Below, one piece after another: positions 49,391-60,654 of a stretch of DNA of 64,000 nucleotides; the first letter of the stretch is position 1; the number at the start of each line of letters is the position of its first letter. The position numbers and the translations under genes are program-made. The DNA comes from an uncultured Verrucomicrobiae bacterium (GTDB lineage: Bacteria > Chlamydiota > Chlamydiia > Chlamydiales > Rhabdochlamydiaceae), in assembly GCA_963718565.1 (NCBI GenBank), contig OY970364.1, forward strand, positions 1,248,001 through 1,312,000. The letters run 5' to 3'. The notes beneath the pieces are model-generated. The model was not told the DNA's origin, searched no databases, and saw only the letters and a list, made by a program, of their open reading frames with translations.

Positions 49391-49417
49391 TAAGCAGTCG
49401 ATGCTCTTGACTGCTAA
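49391..49417 (+). promoter_or_regulatory. CIRCE operator (variant)
   Basis: TAAGCAGTC-N9-GACTGCTAA directly upstream of the hrcA promoter. Confidence 0.75.
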
Positions 49418-49424
49418 TTTCCCC

Positions 49425-49453
49425 TTGCCATAGAGGCGCTTCTTTGTTATAGT
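49425..49453 (+). promoter_or_regulatory. hrcA operon promoter
   Basis: TTGCCA-N17-TATAGT. Confidence 0.65.
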
Positions 49454-49467
49454 TAACGTAATAAAGA

Positions 49468-50655
49468 ATGAATCTTATGAAATCATTGACACCCAAAAAG
49501 CCTGCTAAAGACCAGCGAGAAAAGCTCATCCTTTTCGGCCTTGTCGAACTCTACCTCCAAACGGGGAAGCCGATTGGTTCCAGTACCTTACGTGAAAATG
49601 GGTTTGAATCCTTAAGCTCCGCGACTATCCGCAACTACTTCGCTAAGTTAGAAGAAGAAGGCTATGTCAAACAGCAGCATTCCTCAGGAGGAAGAGTCCC
49701 TACAGTCCTTGCTTACAAAGCCTTTGCCCATGAGTTCCTCGACCAGCCGCGCATCTCCTTAGAGAAAATCAAGGAAATTGAACATGCGCTGAGCAAAGAG
49801 ACGCGCGAAGTTGCTGCCTATTTGTTACAGGCTACTGAAAAAGTGAGTGAAATCACACGCTGCGCTGCTTTTCTCTCGGCACCACGGTTTGACCAGGACT
49901 TCATTCTCGAAATCAAGCTCGTGCCTATCGATCATAGTCGTCTGCTTTCTGTTTTCGTCACCGATTTTGGGCTCATTCGCACAGAAGTTCTTTATACGGA
50001 AAAAAGACTTTCCAGCTTCATGATGAAACGCCTCGAAGCTTATTTTAATTGGCGCCTCAACGGAATCGAAAAACCTAACCTTGATCCTGAAGAAGAGACC
50101 TTCGGAGCCAGGCTTTACAAGGAGCTCATGCTGCGCCACATTGTCAGTTATACGAATTTCAGTGCAGAAGATCTTTTTCAAGCAGGGTTTTCCAAATTAC
50201 TCGCCTATCCTGATTTCAATGACGCTGCTGCACTTGCCAGCGGACTTTCCCTTTTTGAGAATAAACAGATGCTGCGAAAACTTCTGACAACAACAAGCAG
50301 TGAAGGAAAACTCACTTGCTGGATTGCAGAAGATCTTCTTCCATTTGCCCCTGAAGCATCAGCTTGTTCCGTGATCGCCATCCCCTATCGGATCCATCAA
50401 ACAGTCTGCGGAGCCTTTGGAATTTTAGGACCCAACCGCATCCCCTATCGTGAGCTCTTTGGCCAGCTTCAACACATTGCCGATGCGATTTCCGCTTCTT
50501 TAACCAAGAGCGTTTACAAATTTAAAATCTCTTTCCGCAATCCCAAACCCTCCAATCTTGAATTCCAACAAAATCACCCAGGATTTCTCGATCAAAGCCA
50601 GACCTTTTTATTAGAAGATCAAACAACATACTTAAGTAGGAGAAGAAATGACTGA
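49468..50655 (+). CDS. hrcA: Heat-inducible transcription repressor
   Basis: PIGS, SSATIRN, HSSGGRVPT, GILGP.RI.Y. Confidence 0.95.
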   Translation: MNLMKSLTPKKPAKDQREKLILFGLVELYLQTGKPIGSSTLRENGFESLSSATIRNYFAKLEEEGYVKQQHSSGGRVPTVLAYKAFAHEFLDQPRISLEKIKEIEHALSKETREVAAYLLQATEKVSEITRCAAFLSAPRFDQDFILEIKLVPIDHSRLLSVFVTDFGLIRTEVLYTEKRLSSFMMKRLEAYFNWRLNGIEKPNLDPEEETFGARLYKELMLRHIVSYTNFSAEDLFQAGFSKLLAYPDFNDAAALASGLSLFENKQMLRKLLTTTSSEGKLTCWIAEDLLPFAPEASACSVIAIPYRIHQTVCGAFGILGPNRIPYRELFGQLQHIADAISASLTKSVYKFKISFRNPKPSNLEFQQNHPGFLDQSQTFLLEDQTTYLSRRRND

Positions 50656-51184
50656 AGAAAAAGAACCGATAATAACTCCCACTTCCGAATCTCAACAACC
50701 CAAAGCGACACCCGAAGAGGAATGGAAAGAGTATAAAGAAAAATACCTTCGACTTCTTGCTGAAATCGACAATACACGCAAACGGATGCAAAAAGAAAAA
50801 CAGGAGATGACTCGTTTTGCTGTAGACAATGTGATCGCCGAAATGTTAGGCCCGATTGACAACTTGGAAAATGCCTTGCAATTCACTCAAGGCCTGTCAG
50901 AGGAAATGCGCAATTGGGCACAAGGGTTTTTGATGATTTTAGGGCAATTTAAGGATGTGCTCGCTAACCATGGAGTCATCGCATTTCATTCCGAAGGAAC
51001 GCTGTTCAACCCGCAAATACATCATGCCATTGAAACGGAATCAACAACAGAAAAGCCCGAAGGCACGATTTTGAAAGAATACATTAAAGGCTACCGCAGT
51101 GGAGATCATATCATCCGACCTGCCAGTGTCAAGGTCGCGGTCGCACCGGGTTCTGAAACCAAACATGAACTTAAGGAAACATAA
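50648..51184 (+). CDS. grpE: Nucleotide exchange factor GrpE
   Basis: LRLLAEIDNTRKR, FNPQIHHA, KGY...IRPASVKV. Confidence 0.95.
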   Translation: MTEEKEPIITPTSESQQPKATPEEEWKEYKEKYLRLLAEIDNTRKRMQKEKQEMTRFAVDNVIAEMLGPIDNLENALQFTQGLSEEMRNWAQGFLMILGQFKDVLANHGVIAFHSEGTLFNPQIHHAIETESTTEKPEGTILKEYIKGYRSGDHIIRPASVKVAVAPGSETKHELKET

Positions 51185-51205
51185 AATATTGAGGAGAAAT
51201 TAACT

Positions 51206-53137
51206 ATGGCAGAGCAAAAGAAGAAAAGTAAAATCATAGGCATCGACTTAGGAACGACCAACTCTTGCGTCGCCATCATGGAAGGAGGCTCTCCGAAAGT
51301 GATCGCGAATGCAGAAGGCGGCCGTACAACCCCTTCAGTTGTTGGCTACAAAGGAAGCGAACGCCTAGTCGGCGTCGCTGCTAAACGTCAGGCTGTCACT
51401 AACCCTGAGCGTACCGTCTATTCCGCAAAGCGTTTCATCGGCCGCAAATATCACGAAGTGCAATCGGAGACCAAGACTGTTCCTTATAAAGTCACAAAAA
51501 ACAATAACGGGGATGCTGTCTTTGAGGTAGAAGGCAAGATGATCACCCCAGAAGAGGTCGGCGCACAGGTCTTGATGAAAATGAAAGAAACCGCAGAGGC
51601 TTATTTAGGAGAAGAGATCACCGAAGCCGTCATTACCGTTCCCGCCTACTTCAACGATTCTCAACGCCAATCGACAAAAGATGCAGGACGCATTGCTGGC
51701 CTCGATGTCAAACGCATTATTCCTGAGCCCACAGCAGCAGCCCTTGCCTATGGACTCGATAAGCAGCACGATAAAAAAATCGCAGTCTTCGACCTCGGCG
51801 GTGGAACATTTGATATCTCAATTCTCGAAATCGGCGACGGCGTCTTTGAAGTTCTCTCTACCAATGGCGATACGCACCTGGGTGGCGATGACTTTGACAA
51901 TGCCATTTTGCATTGGATGCTCGATGAATTCAAAAAAGAGCATGGAATCGATTTAAGCAAAGATAAGATGGCGCTGCAACGCTTGCGCGATGCTGCTGAA
52001 AAAGCTAAAATCGAGTTATCCGGCACTCAGACGACCGACATCAATCAGCCATTCATCACAATGGACACCACAGGTCCAAAGCATCTTTCCCTGGCACTCA
52101 CCCGCGCAAAACTGGAAAGCCTCGTCCATGATCTGATCGAAAGAACAGTGGATCCTTGCAACAAAGCACTCAAAGATTCTGGTCTTGCAAAAGATAAAAT
52201 CGATGAAGTGATCCTCGTCGGCGGAATGACCCGCATGCCCTCTGTTGAAAAAAAAGTTAAGGAGATCTTTGGGCGAGAACCTCATAAAGGGGTCAATCCC
52301 GATGAGGTCGTCGCCGTTGGAGCTGCGATCCAAGGTGCGGTCCTCACCGGAGATGTGAAAGACGTTCTGTTGCTCGACGTTATCCCGCTAACGCTTGGGA
52401 TTGAAACATTAGGCGGGGTCATGACTCCGATTGTTGAGCGCAACACGACAATCCCCACTCAGAAAAAACAAGTTTTCTCGACAGCTGCGGATAACCAACC
52501 CGCAGTGACAATCGTTATTCTTCAGGGCGAGCGCAAAATGGCCAAAGACAACAAAGAGGTCGGACGATTTGATCTGACAGAGATTCCGCCAGCACCTCGC
52601 GGCATCCCTCAAATTGAAGTCTCCTTCGATATTGATGCCGATGGGATTTTGCATGTTTCTGCAAAAGATATGCAAAGTGGAAAACAGCAGAAGATCCGCA
52701 TTGAAGCCAAATCAGGCCTCACGGAATCCGAGATCAAGCGCATGCTCAATGATGCGGAGGAGCACAAGGAAGAAGATAAGAAACGCAAAGAAGAGATCGA
52801 AACGCGCAATGAAGCGGACTCTCTTGCCTTTCGTGCCCAAAAAGCACTCAATGAATACAAAGACAAGCTCCCTAAAGATGTCGTCGATGACATTCAAGGC
52901 AAAATCGATGCTGTCAAGAAAGCGCTCGAGCAAAACCATCCCGAGATGATTAAAAAGGCGCATGACGAACTCAACACAAGTATGCAAAAGATTGGCGAGG
53001 CCATGCAACGCGCCTCCGGCGCCGAAGGAGCATCGCAACCTCCTCCTGGAAGCGGCGGCCCTCAAGAAAAAAAAGGTAAAAAAGAAGATATCGAAGAAGC
53101 TGAGGTGGAAATCCTCGACGACGATCAGAAGCCGTAA
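51206..53137 (+). CDS. dnaK: Chaperone DnaK
   Basis: [26 protein letters not shown]. Confidence 0.98.
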   Translation: MAEQKKKSKIIGIDLGTTNSCVAIMEGGSPKVIANAEGGRTTPSVVGYKGSERLVGVAAKRQAVTNPERTVYSAKRFIGRKYHEVQSETKTVPYKVTKNNNGDAVFEVEGKMITPEEVGAQVLMKMKETAEAYLGEEITEAVITVPAYFNDSQRQSTKDAGRIAGLDVKRIIPEPTAAALAYGLDKQHDKKIAVFDLGGGTFDISILEIGDGVFEVLSTNGDTHLGGDDFDNAILHWMLDEFKKEHGIDLSKDKMALQRLRDAAEKAKIELSGTQTTDINQPFITMDTTGPKHLSLALTRAKLESLVHDLIERTVDPCNKALKDSGLAKDKIDEVILVGGMTRMPSVEKKVKEIFGREPHKGVNPDEVVAVGAAIQGAVLTGDVKDVLLLDVIPLTLGIETLGGVMTPIVERNTTIPTQKKQVFSTAADNQPAVTIVILQGERKMAKDNKEVGRFDLTEIPPAPRGIPQIEVSFDIDADGILHVSAKDMQSGKQQKIRIEAKSGLTESEIKRMLNDAEEHKEEDKKRKEEIETRNEADSLAFRAQKALNEYKDKLPKDVVDDIQGKIDAVKKALEQNHPEMIKKAHDELNTSMQKIGEAMQRASGAEGASQPPPGSGGPQEKKGKKEDIEEAEVEILDDDQKP

Positions 53138-54876
53138 AACGGCTCAAGCATTTCTCGCTTCAATTTTCCACACCCTCTAGATTCTTTAGAGGGTGTATCC
53201 AATCCTGTTCCTAAGCCAAAGTGTGGCAATACGCTAACGGGAAGCCGTCCCTTTGGAGATATCCGCCCTAAAAGAACATCTGCGGCTGCTTCCTGGGCTT
53301 CATCCTGGTTTTCATAGGCGACGATAATTCCCTCATAAAGCGGAATCTTGGAAAGACTATACGGTGTCCCAAAAACAACGGCCACTGTCGGAAGCCTTAG
53401 TTCCGACAACATCTGTAAAATCCTCTCTTTATGTTCATCGAGTCCAAAATTTGGCCAAGCATTTGACAATTGAGCAAGAGAAACAACTAAGCAAGAATAT
53501 TCTTTCACTTTTTCAAAAAGCTCAGGGTCATCTAAGGAGAATCGATCCACATCGATCTTATCTGCAAATATGGGAGATGCGCCCCACTCAATCAAAGCGA
53601 TATTTTTTTCTTTGAGAGGCAATAACCCTTCGTTGCGTACCACAGTGATCGCTTCCTGAAACAATCTTTTCTTTAGAGCATATGCTTCAGGAGAGTTGAT
53701 TTTTTCCGCTAAATTTTCAATATTCGGTATAGGTCTATCCTGTGTGTCTTCGAATAGCCCGATTTCTTCTTTGACTTTTAGAATCTTGCCGACCTTTGCA
53801 TCAATCAATTCTTCGGAGATTTCTCCACTTTCGACTCTACTTTTTATCGCCGCTATTGCTTTTAGGACATCATTACGAAGAATTTGATCCACATTCGGAG
53901 CAATATGACTCCCATACAACAGCAGATCATGGCCAGCAAGTAATGCTTTGATCGCAATCTGCTCAGGAGAATAATCCTTGGAAAGCGCTTTCATGTTCAA
54001 TGCATCGGTAATCACTAGGCCCTTGAATCCAAACTTTTGTTGTAAAAGATCCGTAATGACTCGATGAGAAAAAGTTGCAGGCAGCAATGTTTCTTCCACA
54101 ATAGCTTCTGCGCAAAGATGTGCAGACATCACCGCTTTTACCCCAGCCTGAATCAAAGAGTTAAATGGCAATAACTCAACACGGCTCAAGCGCTGCCAAT
54201 CATGTTCGACAACAGGTAAACCCACATGCGAATCGATGAGGGTATCCCCATGTCCTGGAAAATGTTTTGCACAAGCAAGCACGCCCATCGATTGGATTCC
54301 GCTCATTACTAAGCGGCTTCGAATGGCCACTTGAAAAGGATCTTCACCAAACGATCGCATATGGATGATGGGATTTCGAACAGTGCAATTCACATCGCAG
54401 ACAGGCGCTAAATTGAGATGAGCTTCCACCAGGCGGCATTGTTTGCCAATTTCCTGGCCGAGTCGGAATAAAAGAGCAACGTCTTGTACCGCACCTAAGG
54501 TAAGATTGTGTGGAAAAACAATCACATTGCTGAGGCGCATGCCCACGCCCCACTCTCCATCCTGGACGCAAAGCAAAGGCAAACGCGAAAGTTCTTGGAG
54601 CTGATTCACAAAATTTACCTGGCCTTCAGCTGTCCCTTGACTCATGATGACCCCGCCGATTTTTCTCTCGCAAATGAGGTTCTGCAGATCTTCACAATGG
54701 TCTTTCCCTCTGAGTTGACAAGCAGGAACGATAAACAGTTGGCCGATCTTTTCGTCTAAGGTCATAGAATTCAAGAACTGTTCAGCAACTCCTTGAATAG
54801 GAAAGGTAAATAAAAAAAAATTTAAAATTAAAACTTTGTAGAAGTTAATTAATAAATAGATTATAATCTTTATCAT
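53125..54876 (-). CDS. GH3 beta-N-acetylhexosaminidase (NagZ-like)
   Basis: [14 protein letters not shown] signature, ITDALNM. Confidence 0.88.
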   Translation of the reverse strand: MIKIIIYLLINFYKVLILNFFLFTFPIQGVAEQFLNSMTLDEKIGQLFIVPACQLRGKDHCEDLQNLICERKIGGVIMSQGTAEGQVNFVNQLQELSRLPLLCVQDGEWGVGMRLSNVIVFPHNLTLGAVQDVALLFRLGQEIGKQCRLVEAHLNLAPVCDVNCTVRNPIIHMRSFGEDPFQVAIRSRLVMSGIQSMGVLACAKHFPGHGDTLIDSHVGLPVVEHDWQRLSRVELLPFNSLIQAGVKAVMSAHLCAEAIVEETLLPATFSHRVITDLLQQKFGFKGLVITDALNMKALSKDYSPEQIAIKALLAGHDLLLYGSHIAPNVDQILRNDVLKAIAAIKSRVESGEISEELIDAKVGKILKVKEEIGLFEDTQDRPIPNIENLAEKINSPEAYALKKRLFQEAITVVRNEGLLPLKEKNIALIEWGASPIFADKIDVDRFSLDDPELFEKVKEYSCLVVSLAQLSNAWPNFGLDEHKERILQMLSELRLPTVAVVFGTPYSLSKIPLYEGIIVAYENQDEAQEAAADVLLGRISPKGRLPVSVLPHFGLGTGLDTPSKESRGCGKLKREMLEPFYGF

Positions 54877-54920
54877 AAAGTTACTAAAATAACCAAATTA
54901 CAAATTCTCGGTGTTTAAGT

Positions 54921-57431
54921 ATGTCAAAACAAGTCAATTATTCTCATATTTCAATTTTTAAAACGGAGTTCGATCTCCTCTATGGAAACTACATCAAGAG
55001 CACAGAACCTCTAAAGGTTCAACATGCTGTCGAAAGAATGACACAATTACAAGATAAAATCACGAGCGCACTTGACCGCGCCCCTGTTAATGTTTCTAGG
55101 TATTTTACATGGAAAGCAACATCAACAGCTCCAGATGTTACCGTCGATGTGGAAAAAACAAAACTAGACCTTCAAGAGAAACTTGCCTCAATGCTAAGCC
55201 ATAATACGGATGTCTCATCACTTGTGAACCGTGTAGATCTTATCACGATACCCGCATCGACATCCGATACTCCGACTTCTAAAACAAGCGATGTTCAAGA
55301 CCCTAAAGCAACAGATTTTGCTGTTGGCTTTGGAAATTCAGGGGCTAATTGCTGGGCAAATTCCCTGCTTTCGATGATCCTTTCCATGCCTAATTTCAGG
55401 CGCGCCTATGAAACAATCGCCAATCACTACGCTCAAGATCGTACAAATCCCCAAAATCAACTTCATGGAAGAGCGCTCTTGAATGCGTTGCAAGCCTATG
55501 AGACTGCGTTGACGTGGAAACAACCTGTCCCCACTTCCATCTCTCAAGATGTCCGACTTGCTTTCCATCACTTTTTCGGTCACAAGAACCTGCGCACTTC
55601 TCATGAAATCTTCTCTGACCAATCCTATCGTCAGGAAGATGCTTGGGAAGGGATGCAAGTGTTGATGGGACTCTATGAACAAATCATGCGGCAAGATGGC
55701 AATGCACATCCTCTCCCTAAGCCATATTCTCTCCTAGGAACAAAGCGACACTACCGCCCGATCGGAGAACCGCAACCTGCCGATCAGAACAAGTTACGTA
55801 AAGAGGATTATTCCCGCTTGACGATGGACAATGTTTCTTCTATGGTCCACGACGATTATCAAATCATCTTAGATTTACAAAACAATGGACATCTTTGCTT
55901 TCGGCAATTGCTCTCTGAATATTTCCGTAACACTCATTTACAAGGCCACGACACGAGCACATATCTGCTTCCCGACGGACAACAGGTTCAACAATTCGAA
56001 CTGATCGGCGAAGGCCGTCAATTTGTCCAAGCGCCCGAAGAGCTATTGTTAACGATTAAACGTTTTGGCGCCAGCATGGATGGAGTCGGTTTTAAAATCG
56101 CCACTCCTTTAGCCATTCACCAAACGCTTGTCCTCCCTATAGACGCGACTAACGCCAATGTTCCAGTTGCCTATGAACTGGATACATTCAATGTCCACAG
56201 CGGTGATTTTGGCGGCGGACATTACATCGCGTATCGAAAAATTAATCATCAATGGATTGAAGCGAATGACAGCAGCGTTCGTTTTGTCAGCCAGCAGGAG
56301 ATCGACCAGATTCTCTTCGGACAAAAAGGGCCTACTTTCACAAGCTATATGCACCATTATACGCGCATTTCTGAAGCAGGGCAACAAGAAGCGATTGCAT
56401 CTGCACACATTGCGCCATCCGTTATCAGAAACGCTGTCTCTGTTATCGAGAACACTTCGCAAGAAATGTTAGCTTGCGAGCAAACAATTAAGCAGCTCGA
56501 GACGTTTAACAGCATTCTATCAAGAACAAATGACCCATCCCATCTGTCTGCTGCGTTGCAAGAATTGGAAAAAGCGGCTCCAAAGGTTATTGATCGATTC
56601 CGTTACTCGATTTGGGTAAATGACAAAACTCGTGATGCCCATGATTACGGCACAAACACTCTCCGAGGCAATCCAAAAAAACTTCAAGAGATTACACTTC
56701 CTTGGCTTATTTCTCCTACTGGAACCAATCTGATTGAACAGATGCTCATCGTGCACAGAAAAAAGCTAGAGATCGCCACTGCGAAGTTTAAAGAAGCTCA
56801 ATTACGCGCCTTTTTGGAAAAAGTACAATCCTCTGCCATTTCAAATGAAGAACTGCTCACCGCCTTGCAGGCTTTGCCGGAAAGCGTCCAAAATTCTCTT
56901 CAAGGCCTTGTTTACCACTCGCATTTGAAAAAATTTGGCAAAGAGCACGTTACTAAAGAAGAATACCACAAAGAATATGGAAAAATCGCTTTAGAAGCAG
57001 ACAATATCCGAAAAACGCTTACCGAGGCAACAGAGTCTGTCTTAAATCTCTGGGGTAAAAACATCATCGAACAGCTCATCTCAGAATATTCTATCAAGAC
57101 AGCAAAATTACAATACGCCTATGAAAAAGACCAACTCCAAGGACTCCACGACCTTATGCTACACTCTCTTGACGACGTTTCGAATCTTCAACTCTCCAAA
57201 GCTTTTGAACGTTTCGACATACGCGATGAAATCAAAGAAAAGCTCTATTGGCATATTTGGTATGGTCACCGCATGCCGCAAATAGGTGACTATGGCACTA
57301 ACACTTTCAAAGACAATCCGCGCACTCTACTTGGCATTTGCCAACCGAACCTCGCAAAACCTCCCATCTGCGCTACCGGCTCCAACATTCTCTACCAAAT
57401 GATCAGGCTCCTCGAAAAAGAGTCCCGCTGA
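54921..57431 (+). CDS. USP (peptidase C19) deubiquitinase-like effector with C-terminal repeats
   Basis: Cys box GFGNSGANCWANS, QEDAWE, IKRF, His box HSGDFGGGHY...W...ND. Confidence 0.85.
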   Translation: MSKQVNYSHISIFKTEFDLLYGNYIKSTEPLKVQHAVERMTQLQDKITSALDRAPVNVSRYFTWKATSTAPDVTVDVEKTKLDLQEKLASMLSHNTDVSSLVNRVDLITIPASTSDTPTSKTSDVQDPKATDFAVGFGNSGANCWANSLLSMILSMPNFRRAYETIANHYAQDRTNPQNQLHGRALLNALQAYETALTWKQPVPTSISQDVRLAFHHFFGHKNLRTSHEIFSDQSYRQEDAWEGMQVLMGLYEQIMRQDGNAHPLPKPYSLLGTKRHYRPIGEPQPADQNKLRKEDYSRLTMDNVSSMVHDDYQIILDLQNNGHLCFRQLLSEYFRNTHLQGHDTSTYLLPDGQQVQQFELIGEGRQFVQAPEELLLTIKRFGASMDGVGFKIATPLAIHQTLVLPIDATNANVPVAYELDTFNVHSGDFGGGHYIAYRKINHQWIEANDSSVRFVSQQEIDQILFGQKGPTFTSYMHHYTRISEAGQQEAIASAHIAPSVIRNAVSVIENTSQEMLACEQTIKQLETFNSILSRTNDPSHLSAALQELEKAAPKVIDRFRYSIWVNDKTRDAHDYGTNTLRGNPKKLQEITLPWLISPTGTNLIEQMLIVHRKKLEIATAKFKEAQLRAFLEKVQSSAISNEELLTALQALPESVQNSLQGLVYHSHLKKFGKEHVTKEEYHKEYGKIALEADNIRKTLTEATESVLNLWGKNIIEQLISEYSIKTAKLQYAYEKDQLQGLHDLMLHSLDDVSNLQLSKAFERFDIRDEIKEKLYWHIWYGHRMPQIGDYGTNTFKDNPRTLLGICQPNLAKPPICATGSNILYQMIRLLEKESR

Positions 57432-57435
57432 ACAG

Positions 57436-59382
57436 TTACTTAAAAAACCCAGAGAACAGTCTCATGAGGTCGTTGTAGGTCATGTAGACGAAAAGTGCAA
57501 CGAGGAGAATGATAAAGGGGATAATGAGCCGCTCCATCGTCTTCGCTTTGATGGGCTTCTTGGTGATCCATTCCCACAAAGAGAAGCAAATGTGCCCCCC
57601 GTCGAGGACAGGAATCGGAAGAAGATTCAAGACCCCAAGGTTCAAGCTGATCATCCCGAGCCAGAAGAGGGCTTCTTTAAATCCATACCCCCAACTCTGC
57701 TGCATGACGTGGACGATGCCGACAGGGCCAGTCATATATTTTGGGCTGACGTTGCCAGTAAACAGCGCAACGATCGTCTTCCAAGTTTCTTGAAATACAT
57801 TGTGGAAGAGCACAAATGGGGAAGGATTGTAGATCACATTGCGATTGACAGGTAGAATGCCCAATTTGACTTGGTTTTGTCCCGCTTCAAATAAACGTTC
57901 TGCTTGCGCTTTTTGCTTAGGGTCTTTGATCTGTTCAATTTCTTTGCGTTGCGCGGCCATCACGGCTTCCATCTGCTCTCTTTTTTCTTCAGGGATCGGT
58001 AGCTCGCTCATCGGTTTTGGAGAGACGGGATTCAGCAACCTAAGGCTCACCCTTTGTTTGATCGGCTCTTTTGTCCCAATCGATTGGATCATCGCTTCCA
58101 AATCATTCCAATGAATTCCAGCAACAAAAGCACTATCCGCTTCTTTCCAAGAAACCGGAACAACATCGGAGGGCTCAGAATGGACAATAATTTGAATATG
58201 TCGGCTCTGAAGCAGGTTGATCAATTCATACGCAGAAGAAACAGCAAGACCGTCGACAGCGATCACATGGTCTCCTGGTTGCAAAGGGACCTCTAAAGGT
58301 GAACGAGCTTCTCCCATAGGTTGCTGTTCAATGGTTTCTACATTCAGATAAGAAAAGGCACTTTCGATGTGACAATCTGAAGAAAGATTATAGGGAATAA
58401 AGAAAAGATCAGAGGATTTTCCTTTAATTTTGGCCTCATGCTGCCAATCTTCAAGCTCCGCTTTTTGAGCTGGAGTCAAGCGCAGATCGGAAATCTTCAA
58501 CCGAGGAACGCGAGCCAAAAAGAATTGCTCTCCTCTTTGAATCGTCAATAATGCTTTTGGTTCATTAATTGTTTCGATGAGTTCCTGGACAGAAAAAAGA
58601 AATTTTCCATCCGCCCACAGAATCCGGTCCCCGTCTTGAATTCCGCTGCCTTTCATCGGAGAGTTTGCAAGGGGGAGACTGCTATTTCGCTTATAAATCA
58701 AATAAGCAGCAGGCTGTATGGTACTGAAAATCGTGCGAATATGCTCGCCAATGGAAGCATCTTTTTCAATGGGAAACCGATATCGGAAAGGAGTTTTTTC
58801 TCCTTTAACGTAATCCACCTCTTGACCACTGATCTGAGTGGAGTTTCCCTCAAAGATTGCGGCATAGATGAAATCTTGAAAATTGCGAAATGGCTTATTG
58901 TTTATCTGGATAATTTCATCTCCAGGCCGCACTCCACTATGATAAACTTCCGAGCAGGGATCGACCCAGCCAAGCAAACGCGTGTATTCGGAAAAGGGTT
59001 TAGAGCGGCCTCCACAAACCCATAAGAGGCAAAATGCGAAGAAAGCAAAGGCAATGTTGACAATCGGACCCATGAAGGCGACTTTAATCCTAGACCAGGG
59101 CTTCTTTCCATAAAATCCATCGGGAATCTGATAGGGCTCCAAAGCGCCTTTTTTTTCCATTCCCGCGATACGGACAAATCCCCCAAAGGGCAACCAGCAG
59201 ACTTGCCATTTGACACCCTTTCTCTCCCAACTATAAACAGGCTTGCCAAATCCAATGGAAAAAGCTTCGACAGCCATTCCCTCTCGTCTAGCCATCCAAT
59301 AATGGCCAAGCTCGTGGATAAAGATGAGAAAACCCAGGCCAAACGCTGCCAAAATCACATAGAGAAAACTGATGATCATCAT
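57436..59382 (-). CDS. rseP: RseP-like site-2 protease with PDZ regions
   Basis: HELGH, GGFVRI, NLLPIPVLDGG. Confidence 0.9.
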   Translation of the reverse strand: MMIISFLYVILAAFGLGFLIFIHELGHYWMARREGMAVEAFSIGFGKPVYSWERKGVKWQVCWLPFGGFVRIAGMEKKGALEPYQIPDGFYGKKPWSRIKVAFMGPIVNIAFAFFAFCLLWVCGGRSKPFSEYTRLLGWVDPCSEVYHSGVRPGDEIIQINNKPFRNFQDFIYAAIFEGNSTQISGQEVDYVKGEKTPFRYRFPIEKDASIGEHIRTIFSTIQPAAYLIYKRNSSLPLANSPMKGSGIQDGDRILWADGKFLFSVQELIETINEPKALLTIQRGEQFFLARVPRLKISDLRLTPAQKAELEDWQHEAKIKGKSSDLFFIPYNLSSDCHIESAFSYLNVETIEQQPMGEARSPLEVPLQPGDHVIAVDGLAVSSAYELINLLQSRHIQIIVHSEPSDVVPVSWKEADSAFVAGIHWNDLEAMIQSIGTKEPIKQRVSLRLLNPVSPKPMSELPIPEEKREQMEAVMAAQRKEIEQIKDPKQKAQAERLFEAGQNQVKLGILPVNRNVIYNPSPFVLFHNVFQETWKTIVALFTGNVSPKYMTGPVGIVHVMQQSWGYGFKEALFWLGMISLNLGVLNLLPIPVLDGGHICFSLWEWITKKPIKAKTMERLIIPFIILLVALFVYMTYNDLMRLFSGFFK

Positions 59383-59652
59383 TTGAAATTATTTAAAAAA
59401 ATTAGACAGAGCCAATTGACTCTACAATTTATCATTTATTATTACCCAAAGTCAACTGTCATTCTCAGAGAGGGTGCAAATAAAAGCCCCATAAGGCCTA
59501 CCGGCCTTCAAATTTTTCAAGTTGTTTAGGTATATCCTGCTTTTTTTGCACATTCGTTTAGTCGTTCACATGTTGATGATTCTCAAGAAGGCTAGCGGGA
59601 AACGCGGACACGCCAGTGCCGTGTTTCCGACATATGAAATGGAGGCATTACT

Positions 59653-60654
59653 TCAATGCCTAGCCTCAACACTTTTATTTGCACCTATTCCTAAATGCTC
59701 TCTTAGAGTGTAATTGGCTAGCAGACAGATAAAATAGATCAGCCCTAAAACAGTGGTTGCGAGGCCCGAAGTAGAGAGTGGAAGATCGTAGATAGAAAAA
59801 AGATGTCGAGAAAAGGCGACGCTGATTAGGGATGCGCCGATTCCGATCCCCATTGCCAGTAAAATGAGCTTCTTGAGCCGATGAGTAAATAGGCGCGCTG
59901 TCAGCACAGGCCCCACTAAAAAAGCGAGAACAAGAAGAACTCCAACAGCTCGAAAAGCACCGATTACAGTAGCAGATGTCAGAACCATTAACAAATGATT
60001 AAAAAATGACCTGGAAATTCCCTGGGAACCAGCAAATGCACCATCAAAAGTGACTAGCTTAAATTCTTTAAAAAAAATAGAAATGATCGCAAAGTCAAAC
60101 AACGCGATCCATAAGATCAATTTCAAATCATCCATATGCAAGGCATCGACATTGCCCATAATTGCCTCTGTGCCAAGGTGAGTATTACGCGTAAAAACAG
60201 TGACGAGGACAATGCCTAAGGCAAATAAGGTCGTAAAAACAAGACCCGTGCTTGCATCTTCTGGAAGTTTGAGAACATTTGTAAGCAGTTGTGTCAGCAT
60301 TGTTGTGATCAGTCCTGTGATCAGAGAGGCGATCAAAAGCACTTCGATGCTGATCGCATGCGCACGACTTTCAGGAATGAATGGAACGAGAATTAAGTAA
60401 GCAACGACAATCCCAAGCAAAACCGTATGCGATAATGAATTAGCGAGCATCGTCATTTTTTTTAAAACCAAAAACGTTCCTATAAGGGATGAGCAACAAG
60501 CGACCAGCGATAAAACCAGCACCTGAACTTCATCCGATGCTAAATCTCCAACGCCGATTTTTCCCATGCACAATTCCCCCATTCTCTGCAAAAACAGCAA
60601 GATGAATTCGATAAAATTCCTGCCAGAGTAAGGATTGACCCCCAAAATGATCAT
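59653..60654 (-). CDS. ytgD: Metal ABC permease YtgD/TroD
   Basis: ANSLSHTVLLG; operon position. Confidence 0.85.
   Translation of the reverse strand: MIILGVNPYSGRNFIEFILLFLQRMGELCMGKIGVGDLASDEVQVLVLSLVACCSSLIGTFLVLKKMTMLANSLSHTVLLGIVVAYLILVPFIPESRAHAISIEVLLIASLITGLITTMLTQLLTNVLKLPEDASTGLVFTTLFALGIVLVTVFTRNTHLGTEAIMGNVDALHMDDLKLILWIALFDFAIISIFFKEFKLVTFDGAFAGSQGISRSFFNHLLMVLTSATVIGAFRAVGVLLVLAFLVGPVLTARLFTHRLKKLILLAMGIGIGASLISVAFSRHLFSIYDLPLSTSGLATTVLGLIYFICLLANYTLREHLGIGANKSVEARH

Noticed and set aside
51681..53180. Many alternative-frame and antisense ORFs over dnaK
   Set aside because: Typical shadow ORFs of a conserved gene.
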